Made by a program: the position numbers and the translations under genes
From: Anaeromyxobacteraceae bacterium
Lineage (GTDB): Bacteria > Myxococcota > Myxococcia > Myxococcales > Anaeromyxobacteraceae
Reading direction: 5' to 3'
Length of the DNA stretch: 64,000 nucleotides
NCBI GenBank assembly: GCA_032654565.1
Contig: JAULAX010000015.1
Span: 288,001-352,000, forward strand
Shown: piece by piece, positions 51,257 to 60,137 of the stretch
Layout of the letters: each line of letters begins with the position of its first letter
How positions within the stretch are numbered: position 1 is the stretch's first letter
Notes under the pieces: model-generated
The model's input: only the letters and a program-made list of their open reading frames with translations
Told to the model about the DNA's origin: nothing
Database searches by the model: none

Positions 51257-52231
51257 GTGGCCCGCCCTCCCCGCGGCGCCCGCCCCGGCGGCGAGTTCGC
51301 GCTCATCGCCGCCTTCACCCGGGCCCTGCCCACCCGCGGCCCCGGGGTCCGGCTCGGCCCCGGCGACGACGCCGCCCTGCTGCGCCCGCCCCCCGGCGAG
51401 GAGCTGGTGGCCACCGTCGACGCCGTCGTCGAGGGGGTCCACTTCGACCACCGCTTCACGCCGGGTGACATCGGCTGGAAGGCGCTGGCGGTCAACCTCT
51501 CCGACCTGGCCGCCATGGGGGCCCGGCCGCTCTGGGCGCTGGTGGCGCTGCAGGTGCCGCCGGCCACCCCGGCGGCGCGGCTCACCGCCATCGCCCGCGG
51601 CCTGGGGGCCTGCGCCCGGCGCCACCGCCTGGCGGTGGTGGGGGGCAACGTCTCCCGCGGAGGCGAGCTCTCGCTCACCGTCACCGTGCTGGGGGCGGTG
51701 GAGCGCGGCCGGGCGCTGCGGCGCGACGGGGCCCGCCCCGGCCACCTGGTGCTGGTCTCCGGCACCCTCGGCGACGCCGCCCTCGGCCTGCGCCCCGGCG
51801 CCGCCGCCCCGCTGCGCCGCCGCCAGCGCCGCCCCACCCCGCGCCTCGGGCTCGGCCTCGCCCTGCGCGGCCTGGCCAGCGCCGCCATCGACCTCTCCGA
51901 CGGCCTCGGCCAGGACCTCGGCCACCTCTGCCGCGCCTCCGGGGTGGGGGCGACGCTGCAGGCCGCCGACCTGCCCCGCTCCGCCGCCGGGCGGGCCGCG
52001 GCCGGCGACCACCCCTGGGGGGCGGCGCTCTCCGGCGGCGAGGACTACGAGCTCTGCGTCACCGTCCCGCCGTCGCGGCTGGCGGCGGCGCGGCGGGCGG
52101 CGCGGCGGGCCGGCGTGGCGCTCACCGTGATCGGGGTGGTGCGGCCCGGGCGGGGGGTCACCGTGCTCGGGCCGGGCGGGCGCCGGCTGCCGGTGGGGCG
52201 CGGCCACGACCACCTGGCGCCGCGCCGCTGA
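51257..52231 (+). CDS. thiL: thiamine-monophosphate kinase
   Basis: [47 protein letters not shown]. Confidence 0.96.
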   Translation: MARPPRGARPGGEFALIAAFTRALPTRGPGVRLGPGDDAALLRPPPGEELVATVDAVVEGVHFDHRFTPGDIGWKALAVNLSDLAAMGARPLWALVALQVPPATPAARLTAIARGLGACARRHRLAVVGGNVSRGGELSLTVTVLGAVERGRALRRDGARPGHLVLVSGTLGDAALGLRPGAAAPLRRRQRRPTPRLGLGLALRGLASAAIDLSDGLGQDLGHLCRASGVGATLQAADLPRSAAGRAAAGDHPWGAALSGGEDYELCVTVPPSRLAAARRAARRAGVALTVIGVVRPGRGVTVLGPGGRRLPVGRGHDHLAPRR

Positions 52232-52245
52232 GCCGGCGCCGGCTT

Positions 52246-52288
52246 TTGACTTCCCCCCGGATCCACATAGGATCCCCGCGGATCCACG
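52246..52288 (+). promoter_or_regulatory. putative promoter of the chemosensory operon, overlapped by three GGATCC(A/C)C(A/G) direct repeats
   Basis: TTGACT-16bp-TAGGAT; repeats at 52259, 52270 and 52280. Confidence 0.6.
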
Positions 52289-52325
52289 CGGCGCGGACTT
52301 CACCGCGCCGCCCGCCGAGGTGAAC

Positions 52326-53714
52326 GTGGCCAGGCCTCCCCGCGACGAGCGCATCTCCACCCGGCCCTCGGCCCGGTGGCAGGACGCCCCCCACCTGGTG
52401 GCGGTCCGCGGCCGCGCCGCCGACGTGCCGCTGCGCCCCATGCCCGGCACCACCGGCCTGACCGCCACGCTGCAGGTCAAGCTGCTGGTCAGCTACGGCA
52501 TCATCGGCGCGGTGCTGGTCTTCGTGGTGCCGCCGGCCCGCGAGGCCTTCCCCCACCCGCTGGCCGCCGGGGCGGTGGTGGTGCTCGGCACCCTGGCGCT
52601 GGGCTGGGCGCTCACCGTGGGCATCGCCCGCACCTCGCGCGTCGGTCGGCTCAAGGTCTCGGCGGTGGAGATCAGCCGCGGCGACCTCTCCCGGAGCGTG
52701 CTGGAGGAGCCCAACCAGACCTTCCACGACGAGATCGACGACCTCACCGTGGCCATCGGCACCATGCAGGAGAACCTGCGCGACCTGGTCTCGCGCATCC
52801 AGCGCACCGCCCAGTCGGTGGCCGAGAGCGCCAACGACCTGCAGTCCTCGGCCGAGGAGGTCAACGCCTCCACCGACGAGGTGGCCAGCTCCATGGAGAA
52901 GATCGCGGTGGGCGCCGGCCAGCAGTCCGACCTGGTGGAGCGCACCTCCAAGGTGATCGGCGAGATCGCCGCCTCCATCGAGCGGACCGCCAAGAGCGCC
53001 GAGGAGGCGGCCCGGGCCTCGGCCGAGACCTCCACCTCGGCGGCCGGCGGCGGCGAGGCGGCCCGGCTGGCCGGCGAGAAGGTCAAGAAGGTCTTCGCCC
53101 GCATCGAGGCGGCCAGCGAGCAGGTCTTCGCCTTCGGCGAGCGGACCAAGGAGATCTCCAAGATCGTCGAGGCCATCACCCAGGTGGCCAACCAGACCAA
53201 CCTGCTGGCCCTCAACGCCACCATCGAGGCGGCCCGCGCCGGCGAGTACGGCCGCGGCTTCGCGGTGGTGGCCGAGGAGGTGCGCAAGCTGGCCGACATC
53301 TCGGGGCGCTCTGCCGAGCAGATCTCCGGGCTGGCCGCCGACATCTCCGGCCGCGCCGCCACCGTGGTCGGCACCATGAAGGAGTCGGTCTCCGAGCTGG
53401 GGGAGGGGCGCGAGGACCTGAACGCCATCATCCGGGCCCTGGCCGACATCGCCCTGATCGCCCGCACCGGCGCCGACAAGGTGGGGGTGATCTCCGGGGC
53501 CGCCCGCGACCAGCTCAAGGGCTCGGCCGACATGGTGCAGGCCATGGACCACATCTCCGACGTGGCCAGCAGCAACGCCGGCGCCACCGAGCAGGTGCGC
53601 AAGGTGATGGCCGAGCAGACCGCCGCGGTGGCCCAGATGGCCTCGGCCGCCCAGGAGCTGACCAACCTCTCGGTCGAGCTGCAGACCGTGGTCTCGCGCT
53701 TCCGGCTCGGGTAG
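52326..53714 (+). CDS. difA: methyl-accepting chemotaxis protein, DifA-like
   Basis: Two TMs with a tiny periplasmic loop, [38 protein letters not shown]. Start uncertain. Confidence 0.85.
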   Translation: MARPPRDERISTRPSARWQDAPHLVAVRGRAADVPLRPMPGTTGLTATLQVKLLVSYGIIGAVLVFVVPPAREAFPHPLAAGAVVVLGTLALGWALTVGIARTSRVGRLKVSAVEISRGDLSRSVLEEPNQTFHDEIDDLTVAIGTMQENLRDLVSRIQRTAQSVAESANDLQSSAEEVNASTDEVASSMEKIAVGAGQQSDLVERTSKVIGEIAASIERTAKSAEEAARASAETSTSAAGGGEAARLAGEKVKKVFARIEAASEQVFAFGERTKEISKIVEAITQVANQTNLLALNATIEAARAGEYGRGFAVVAEEVRKLADISGRSAEQISGLAADISGRAATVVGTMKESVSELGEGREDLNAIIRALADIALIARTGADKVGVISGAARDQLKGSADMVQAMDHISDVASSNAGATEQVRKVMAEQTAAVAQMASAAQELTNLSVELQTVVSRFRLG

Positions 53715-53742
53715 CCGGTGGCGGCCGGGGCGGGGGCGCAGG

Positions 53743-54201
53743 TTGGCTGAGGCCACTCCAGGCGATGAGGCGACGCCGGCCACCGAGCGGCAGGTGGTCT
53801 TCCGCATCGGCGCCGAGCGCTACGCCCTGCCGCTGGCCTCGGTGCGCGAGGTGGTGCCGCCCAACCCGCCCTTCGCCCGGGTGCCGCGCTCCGGCGGCGC
53901 GGTGCGCGGGGTCATGAACCTGCGCGGCCGGGTGGTGGCGGTGGTGGACCTGGCGGTGCTGGTCGGCCTGCCCCCGCAGCCGCTGCACGGCGGCCACGGC
54001 CAGGTGCTGATCCTCGACCGCGAGAAGCGGGCGCTGGGGCTGCTGATCGGCGCGGTGGTGGGGGTGGAGCCGCTCTCCCTGGCCGAGGAGGCCGGCGAGG
54101 GGTTGGTGGCCGGGGTGGCCACCAGCCGCACCGGCGCCGTCACCCTCCTGCGCCCCGAGCCGCTGGCGGCGGCGGCGGCGGCGCTCTTCGGGGGCGCCTG
54201 A
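53743..54201 (+). CDS. cheW: CheW coupling protein (DifC-like)
   Basis: VVFRIGAERYALPL..VREVV, RVP...VRGVMNLRGRVV. Confidence 0.93.
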   Translation: MAEATPGDEATPATERQVVFRIGAERYALPLASVREVVPPNPPFARVPRSGGAVRGVMNLRGRVVAVVDLAVLVGLPPQPLHGGHGQVLILDREKRALGLLIGAVVGVEPLSLAEEAGEGLVAGVATSRTGAVTLLRPEPLAAAAAALFGGA

Positions 54202-54278
54202 CCCGGAGGCCTCCGCGACGCCTTGTCCCCCTCTCGCCCCCGGTGCTACGTTCTCACCCCGGGGAGGACCTGAAGCCC

Positions 54279-54647
54279 ATGCCGAAGCGAGTCCTGATCG
54301 TCGACGACGCGATCTTCATGCGGAACATGATCAAGGACATCTTCGCCGGCTCGGGCTTCGAGGTGGTCGGCGAGGCCGCCAACGGCCTGGAGGCGGTCGA
54401 GAAGCACCGCGAGCTCAAGCCCGACCTCACCACCATGGACATCGTCATGCCGTTCAAGAGCGGCATCGAGGCCACCCGGGAGATCGTCAAGGCCGACCCG
54501 CGCGCCTGCATCGTCATGTGCTCGGCGCTGGGCCAGGAGTCGCTGGTGATGGAGGCCATCGAGGCCGGGGCCAGCGACTTCATCGTCAAGCCCTTCAAGT
54601 CCGAGGACGTCCTCTCCGTGGTGAAGAAGGTCCTGGGCGAGACGTAG
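54279..54647 (+). CDS. cheY: CheY response regulator (DifD-like)
   Basis: LIVDDAIFMR, MDIVMP, MCSALGQ, DFIVKPF. Confidence 0.95.
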   Translation: MPKRVLIVDDAIFMRNMIKDIFAGSGFEVVGEAANGLEAVEKHRELKPDLTTMDIVMPFKSGIEATREIVKADPRACIVMCSALGQESLVMEAIEAGASDFIVKPFKSEDVLSVVKKVLGET

Positions 54648-54664
54648 TCCGCGCCCCGGCGCCG

Positions 54665-56650
54665 ATGGACCTCGCCCGCTACCTCGCCCTCTTCGTCGCC
54701 GAAGCCGGCGAGCACCTGGCCGGGCTCTCCCGGCAGCTGGTGGAGCTGGAGCAGCTGGTCCGCGCCGGCGGCGACGACGCCCCGCTCATCGACGGCATCT
54801 TCCGCCACGTCCACAGCATCAAGGGGATGAGCGCCTCGATGCAGCTCGACGGCGTCGCCGCCCTGGCCCACCGGGCCGAGGATCTGGTCGACCTCTACCG
54901 CCGCCGCCTGGCCCGGGCCGAGCCCAGGGCGGTCGACGCCCTGCTGGCCACCTGCGACGCCCTGCAGGAGATGATCGCCGCCGCCGCCGCCGGCGAGAAG
55001 CCGCCCCACAACCCGGTGCTGATGGCCCGGCTCGGCGAGATCACCCGCCGCGCCAAGGACGCCCCACCCGCGGGGGCCACCCCGGCCCGGCGCGCCGACG
55101 ATCCGCCCCCGCCCCCGCCCCCACCGCCCGCCGCCGAGCCGCCGCCGGTGCTGGTGGTGGCCGGCCCGCGCCGCCTCGAGGTGGAGGTGGAGGTGGCCGC
55201 GGCCTGCCCGGTGCCGGCGGTGCGCGCCTTCCTGGTGGTGAAGAAGCTGGCCGCCTTCGGGCCGCTGCTGCGCGCCACGCCCACCGTCGAGGAGCTCAAG
55301 GCCGGCCGGCTGCCCGGCAAGAAGCTCACCGTGCTGCTGGAGACCGCCGAGCCGCTCGACCGGGTGGAGCGGGCCCTCTCGCAGATCTCCGACCTCGGCA
55401 CGGTGGTGGTCCGTGCCCTGGAGGAGTCCGCCGCCGCCGCGGCTGCCTCCCCGGCCGCCGCCGCGCCGGCCCCGGGCCCGCCGGCCAGCCCCGAGGCCAC
55501 CCGCACGGTGCGGGTCAAGACCGAGGTGCTCGACGGCTTCGTCGACACCGTGGGCGAGCTGCTGCTGGCCACCGCCCGCATCCGCGAGGTGGGGCGGGCC
55601 CTGCCGGTCGGGCTGCGCCCGCCGCTCGACGAGGGGGTGGACCGGCTCCACGCCATCGTCAAGGAGCTGCACGGCCAGCTCATGGGGGTGCGCATGACCC
55701 CGCTGGCCATGGTCACCGAGCGGCTGCCGCGCATCGCCCGCGACGTGGCCCGCAAGCTGGGGCGCCAGGTGGAGGTGGAGGTGCAGGGGGCGGAGATCGA
55801 GCTGGACCGGGCCATCCTCGAGGAGCTCTCCGACCCGCTGCTCCACGTGCTGCGCAACGCCGTCGACCACGGCATCGAGGCTCCCCACCTGCGGCTGCTG
55901 GCCGGCAAGTCGGCCACCGGCCGCATCACCATCTCGGCCCGGCGCGACCGCGACCGGGTGGTGCTGGAGGTCTCCGACGACGGCAAGGGGATGAACGCCG
56001 GCCGGCTGCGCGAGGCGGCGGTGCGGCGCGGCACCCTCAGCCCGGAGCAGGCGGCGGCGCTCACCGAGCGCGAGGCGCTGCAGCTGGCCACCCTCCCGGG
56101 CGTCTCCACCGCCGACGCCGTCACCGACGTCTCCGGGCGCGGGGTCGGGCTCGACGCCGTCCGCAAGTCGCTGGAGGCGGTGGGCGGCACCCTGGAGCTG
56201 GAGAGCGCCCGCGGCCTCGGCACCCGGGTGACGCTGCGCCTGCCGCTCACCGTGGCGGTGCAGCCGGTGCTGCTGGTGCGGGTGGGCGAGGAGGTGCTGG
56301 GGCTGCCCATCGCCAAGGTCCACGGCGCCGCCCACGTCCGCTTCGCCTCGCTGGATCGCAGCCGCGGGGCCCCGCTCCTCCCCTACGACGGCGAGCTGGT
56401 GCCGGTGCACGACCTGGCGGCGCTGCTCGGCTTCACCTCGGACGGGCGCGAGGAGCGGGCGGTGGTGGTGGCCGACGGCCCCGACGGCCGCATCGGGCTG
56501 GCGGTGGACGGCCTGCTCGGCCAGCACGAGGCGGTGCTGAAGCCGCTGGGCCCGCCGCTCTCGGCGGTGGGCGGCCTCTCGGCGGTCACCGTGCTCGGCA
56601 CCGGCCGGCCGGTCTTCATCCTCGACGTGGCCCGGCTGCTGGCCGCATGA
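54665..56650 (+). CDS. cheA: CheA histidine kinase (DifE-like)
   Basis: Hpt FRHVHSIKGM, poly-Pro linker, P2, HVLRNAVDHGIE, SGRGVGLD, CheW-like C-terminus. Confidence 0.96.
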   Translation: MDLARYLALFVAEAGEHLAGLSRQLVELEQLVRAGGDDAPLIDGIFRHVHSIKGMSASMQLDGVAALAHRAEDLVDLYRRRLARAEPRAVDALLATCDALQEMIAAAAAGEKPPHNPVLMARLGEITRRAKDAPPAGATPARRADDPPPPPPPPPAAEPPPVLVVAGPRRLEVEVEVAAACPVPAVRAFLVVKKLAAFGPLLRATPTVEELKAGRLPGKKLTVLLETAEPLDRVERALSQISDLGTVVVRALEESAAAAAASPAAAAPAPGPPASPEATRTVRVKTEVLDGFVDTVGELLLATARIREVGRALPVGLRPPLDEGVDRLHAIVKELHGQLMGVRMTPLAMVTERLPRIARDVARKLGRQVEVEVQGAEIELDRAILEELSDPLLHVLRNAVDHGIEAPHLRLLAGKSATGRITISARRDRDRVVLEVSDDGKGMNAGRLREAAVRRGTLSPEQAAALTEREALQLATLPGVSTADAVTDVSGRGVGLDAVRKSLEAVGGTLELESARGLGTRVTLRLPLTVAVQPVLLVRVGEEVLGLPIAKVHGAAHVRFASLDRSRGAPLLPYDGELVPVHDLAALLGFTSDGREERAVVVADGPDGRIGLAVDGLLGQHEAVLKPLGPPLSAVGGLSAVTVLGTGRPVFILDVARLLAA

Positions 56651-56675
56651 CCTCCACGCCCCGTCACCTGTACGC

Positions 56676-57263
56676 ATGACCTTCACCCCCCGTCACGTGG
56701 ACGCGCTGCAGGAGCTGACCACCATCGGCTGCGGCGCCGCCCTGACCGCGCTGGCCCGGCTCACCGGGCTGCGGCTCGACATGGACGTCCCCGAGTCCTG
56801 GATCGGCGCCAGCCCCGGGGCCATCGCCAGCTTCCTCGGGGCGCTGGGGAGCGATCTGGTGGCGGTGGGGGTGCGCCTGGAGGGGCCGCTCACCGGCCAC
56901 CTGCTGCTGGCCCTCCCCGAGCGCGACGCCGAGGCGCTGGCCGGGGCGCTGGGGGTGCCGGCGGCGCAGGGGCAGTTCGGCACCCTGGCCGAGAGCGGCC
57001 TGATGGAGTGCGGCAACATCGTGGGGAGCGCCTTCGTCACCGCGGTGGCCAGCCTGGTCAAGGAGACGCTGCTGCTCTCCACCCCCAGCTTCGCCCGCGG
57101 CAGCGGCAAGGCCTGCGTCGAGAAGCTGGTGGACCACGCCGGCTCGGTGGCGCTGGCGGCCCGCTTCACCTCGCCGAAGGCTCCGCAGCTAGAGGGGCTG
57201 ATCCTGGTCATGCCCGAGCCGGCCGGCGTGGCCCGCCTGCTCACCCACCTCGACCCGCGCTGA
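56676..57263 (+). CDS. cheC: CheC-family phosphatase (DifG-like)
   Basis: DALQELTTIG...P and SGLMECGNI...P repeats. Confidence 0.85.
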   Translation: MTFTPRHVDALQELTTIGCGAALTALARLTGLRLDMDVPESWIGASPGAIASFLGALGSDLVAVGVRLEGPLTGHLLLALPERDAEALAGALGVPAAQGQFGTLAESGLMECGNIVGSAFVTAVASLVKETLLLSTPSFARGSGKACVEKLVDHAGSVALAARFTSPKAPQLEGLILVMPEPAGVARLLTHLDPR

Positions 57264-57282
57264 GCGCCGGAGCCACGCCCCC

Positions 57283-58026
57283 ATGGACGAAGCCGCCCTC
57301 CGTCGCCTGCTGCAGCGCCTGGTCTCCGGGGCCACGCCGCTCGACGAGGCGGTGGCCCGGCTCAAGGCCGCCCCCATCGAGCGGCTCGGCGACGTGGCCA
57401 CGCTCGACACCCACCGGGCCCTGCGCCAGGGGATGCCGGAGGTGGTGCTGGCCGAGCGCAAGTCGGCCGCCCAGGTGGCCGCCATCGCCAAGCGGCTGGC
57501 CGCCCACGGGCCGCTGCTGGTGACCCGGCTCTCGCCGGAGAAGGCCGGGCCGGCGCGGCGGGCGGTCAAGGGCTCGATCTACGACCCGGTCTCGCGCACC
57601 CTGCGCCGCGGCCGCATGGAGCTGCCCGCCCTGGGGCCGGTGGCGGTCTGCTGCGCCGGCACCAGCGACGTGCCGGTCTGCGAGGAGGCGGTGGTGACGC
57701 TCGAGGTGATGGGCGTGGAGGCGCTGCGCATCTACGACGTCGGGGTGGCCGGGATCCACCGGCTGCTGGCCCGGCGCGAGGAGCTGACCCGGGCCCGGGC
57801 GGTGGTGGTGGCGGCCGGCATGGAGGGGGCGCTCCCCAGCGTGGTGGGCGGCCTGGTGGGGCGGCCGGTGATCGCCGTGCCCACCTCGGTGGGCTACGGC
57901 GCCTCGCTGGGCGGGATCGCGGCGCTGCTGGCCATGCTCAACTCCTGCGCCCCCAACGTCACCGTGGTCAACATCGACAACGGCTTCGGGGCCGCCTTCG
58001 TGGCGGGGTTGATCGCCCGCGGCTGA
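57283..58026 (+). CDS. larB: nickel-pincer cofactor biosynthesis carboxylase/hydrolase LarB
   Basis: DTHRALRQGMPEVV, AGTSD, DVGVAGIHRL, AGMEGALPSVV, PTSVGYG, LNSC, VNIDNGFGAA. Confidence 0.93.
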   Translation: MDEAALRRLLQRLVSGATPLDEAVARLKAAPIERLGDVATLDTHRALRQGMPEVVLAERKSAAQVAAIAKRLAAHGPLLVTRLSPEKAGPARRAVKGSIYDPVSRTLRRGRMELPALGPVAVCCAGTSDVPVCEEAVVTLEVMGVEALRIYDVGVAGIHRLLARREELTRARAVVVAAGMEGALPSVVGGLVGRPVIAVPTSVGYGASLGGIAALLAMLNSCAPNVTVVNIDNGFGAAFVAGLIARG

Positions 58027-58050
58027 GGTGGTCCGCTCCGGAAAGCGCCC

Positions 58051-59250
58051 ATGCCCAATCGCCTCCTCCTCCTCGAGCCCATCGGCGGCCTCAGCGGCGA
58101 CATGTTCCTGGCCGCGGCCCTCGACCTCGGCGTCGACCGCGCCGACCTGACGGCCCAGCTGGCCAGCCTCGGCCTGCCCGGCTGGACCATGGAGGTGAGC
58201 CGGGTCACCGTCAACGGCGTCGCCGCCACCCACGTCGAGGTGCGGGTGGAGCCCTCGCCGGGCGTCGACCGCCGGCTCGCCGACCTGCTGGCGGTGGTGG
58301 ACCGCAGCGGCCTCTCGGAGCGGGCCCGCGCCGCCGCCCGCGACCTCTTCCAGCGGCTGGCCCGGGCCGAGGCCAGGGTGCACGGCTGCGCCGTCGAGGA
58401 GGTCCACTTCCACGAGGTGGGGGCGGTCGACTCGATCGTCGACGTCTGCGGCGCGGTGGTGGCCCTGGAGCTGCTGGGCTGGCCGCGGGCCCTGGCCACG
58501 CCGCCGGAGCTGGGCCAGGGGTTCGTCAAGACCGCCCACGGCCTGCTGCCGGTGCCGCCGCCGGCGGTGCTGGAGCTGCTGCTGGGGCTGCCGGTGCGGC
58601 CGGGCGGACCGCTCGGCGAGGCGGTCACCCCCACCGGCGCGGCGCTGCTGGCCGGCCTCTTCGAGCTGGGGCCGCTGCCGCCCCACCGCCCGGTCCAGGT
58701 CGGCTACGGCGCCGGCACCCGGCGCTGGGCGGACCGGCCCAACCTGGTGCGGCTCACCGTCGGCGAGGCCGAGCGGCCCGCCCCGGCCGCCAGCGAGCCG
58801 CTGCTGGTGCTGGAGTGCCACCTCGACGACACCACCGGGCAGCTGGTGGCCCACGCCATCGCCGCGGCGCTCGAGGCCGGCGCCCTCGACGCCTGGGCCG
58901 CCCCCATCACCATGAAGAAGGGGCGCCCCGGCCTGTCGCTGGGCGCGCTCTGCGAGCCGGCCCGCGGCGACGCCGTGGCCCGGGTCTTCCTCACCGAGAC
59001 CGGCACGCTGGGGGTGCGCACCAGCCGGGTGGAGCGCCAGGCGCTGGCCCGGGAGCTGGTGGCGGTGGAGACCCGCTACGGCACCGTTCGTGTCAAGGTG
59101 GCGCGGCTCGACGGACGGGTGGTGAACGCCCAGCCGGAGTACGATGACTGCGAGGCGCAGGCGCTGGAGCGGGGCGTGACGGTGAAGGAGGTGCTGGCCG
59201 AGGCGGCCAGCGCCTGGCGGGTGGCGCAGGCGGCCGGCGGCCGAGGCTGA
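58051..59250 (+). CDS. larC: nickel-pincer cofactor nickel insertase LarC
   Basis: [53 protein letters not shown]. Confidence 0.93.
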   Translation: MPNRLLLLEPIGGLSGDMFLAAALDLGVDRADLTAQLASLGLPGWTMEVSRVTVNGVAATHVEVRVEPSPGVDRRLADLLAVVDRSGLSERARAAARDLFQRLARAEARVHGCAVEEVHFHEVGAVDSIVDVCGAVVALELLGWPRALATPPELGQGFVKTAHGLLPVPPPAVLELLLGLPVRPGGPLGEAVTPTGAALLAGLFELGPLPPHRPVQVGYGAGTRRWADRPNLVRLTVGEAERPAPAASEPLLVLECHLDDTTGQLVAHAIAAALEAGALDAWAAPITMKKGRPGLSLGALCEPARGDAVARVFLTETGTLGVRTSRVERQALARELVAVETRYGTVRVKVARLDGRVVNAQPEYDDCEAQALERGVTVKEVLAEAASAWRVAQAAGGRG

Positions 59251-59306
59251 AGCGCACGAGGCGACCGACGATCGAGGCGACCGACGACCGAGGCGGAGAG
59301 GGCGGC

Positions 59307-60137
59307 ATGGACCAGCAGGACGAGGTGCCCGAGATCCTGGCGGCGCTGGTGCCGCCGGCGGAGCGGGTCCGGCTGGGCCCGGCCTGGCCCCGCGCCGTGG
59401 CAGCGCTCAAGCTGCTGGAGTCCGAGGCGGTGCAGGCCGAGAAGATGGCCGGCCTGGGGCGGCTGGCCGCCGGCATCGTCCACGAGATCAACAACCCGCT
59501 GGTGGCGGTCACCATGTTCGCCGAGTCGCTGGTCACCCGCTGGACCCTGGCCGGCGGCGACCCCGGCGACCTGGAGAAGCTGGTGGCCATCCGCGACGCC
59601 GGCCTGCGCATCCAGAAGCTGACCCGCGACCTGACCGCCTACGCCCGGCCCCAGAGCGGCACGCCCGAGTCGCTGGAGCTGGCCCCGCTGCTCGACCAGG
59701 CGGCGCTGATCTGCAAGCCCATCCTCAAGGACGCCGACGCGGTGGTGCAGCGCGACTTCCAGGACCTGCCCCGGGTGGCGGGGAGCCGCTCGGCGCTGGT
59801 CCAGGTCTTCGTCAACCTCATCACCAACGCCGCCCAGGCCGTCCGCAAGGGCGGCCTGGTCCGGCTCGAGCTGCGGGCCGGCGACGGCCAGGTGCTGGCC
59901 ACGGTGGCCGACGACGGCGAGGGGATGACCGAGGAGCAGCAGCGCCACGCCTTCGAGCCCTTCTTCACCACCCGGCCCGGTCGCGGCGTCGGCCTCGGGC
60001 TGGCCACCGTGAAGGGGATCGCCGACCGCCACCAGGCCACCGTGACCCTGGTGAGCGCCCCGGGGCAGGGGACCCGCGTCACCCTGGCCCTGCCGGTCAA
60101 GGCGCCGGGTCAGGGCTCCGGGGTCAGCACCGCGTAG
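59307..60137 (+). CDS. histidine kinase with no evident sensor domain
   Basis: EKMAGLGRLAAGIVHEINNPL, QVFVNLITNA, DDGEGM, FEPFFTT, GLGL. Confidence 0.9.
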   Translation: MDQQDEVPEILAALVPPAERVRLGPAWPRAVAALKLLESEAVQAEKMAGLGRLAAGIVHEINNPLVAVTMFAESLVTRWTLAGGDPGDLEKLVAIRDAGLRIQKLTRDLTAYARPQSGTPESLELAPLLDQAALICKPILKDADAVVQRDFQDLPRVAGSRSALVQVFVNLITNAAQAVRKGGLVRLELRAGDGQVLATVADDGEGMTEEQQRHAFEPFFTTRPGRGVGLGLATVKGIADRHQATVTLVSAPGQGTRVTLALPVKAPGQGSGVSTA

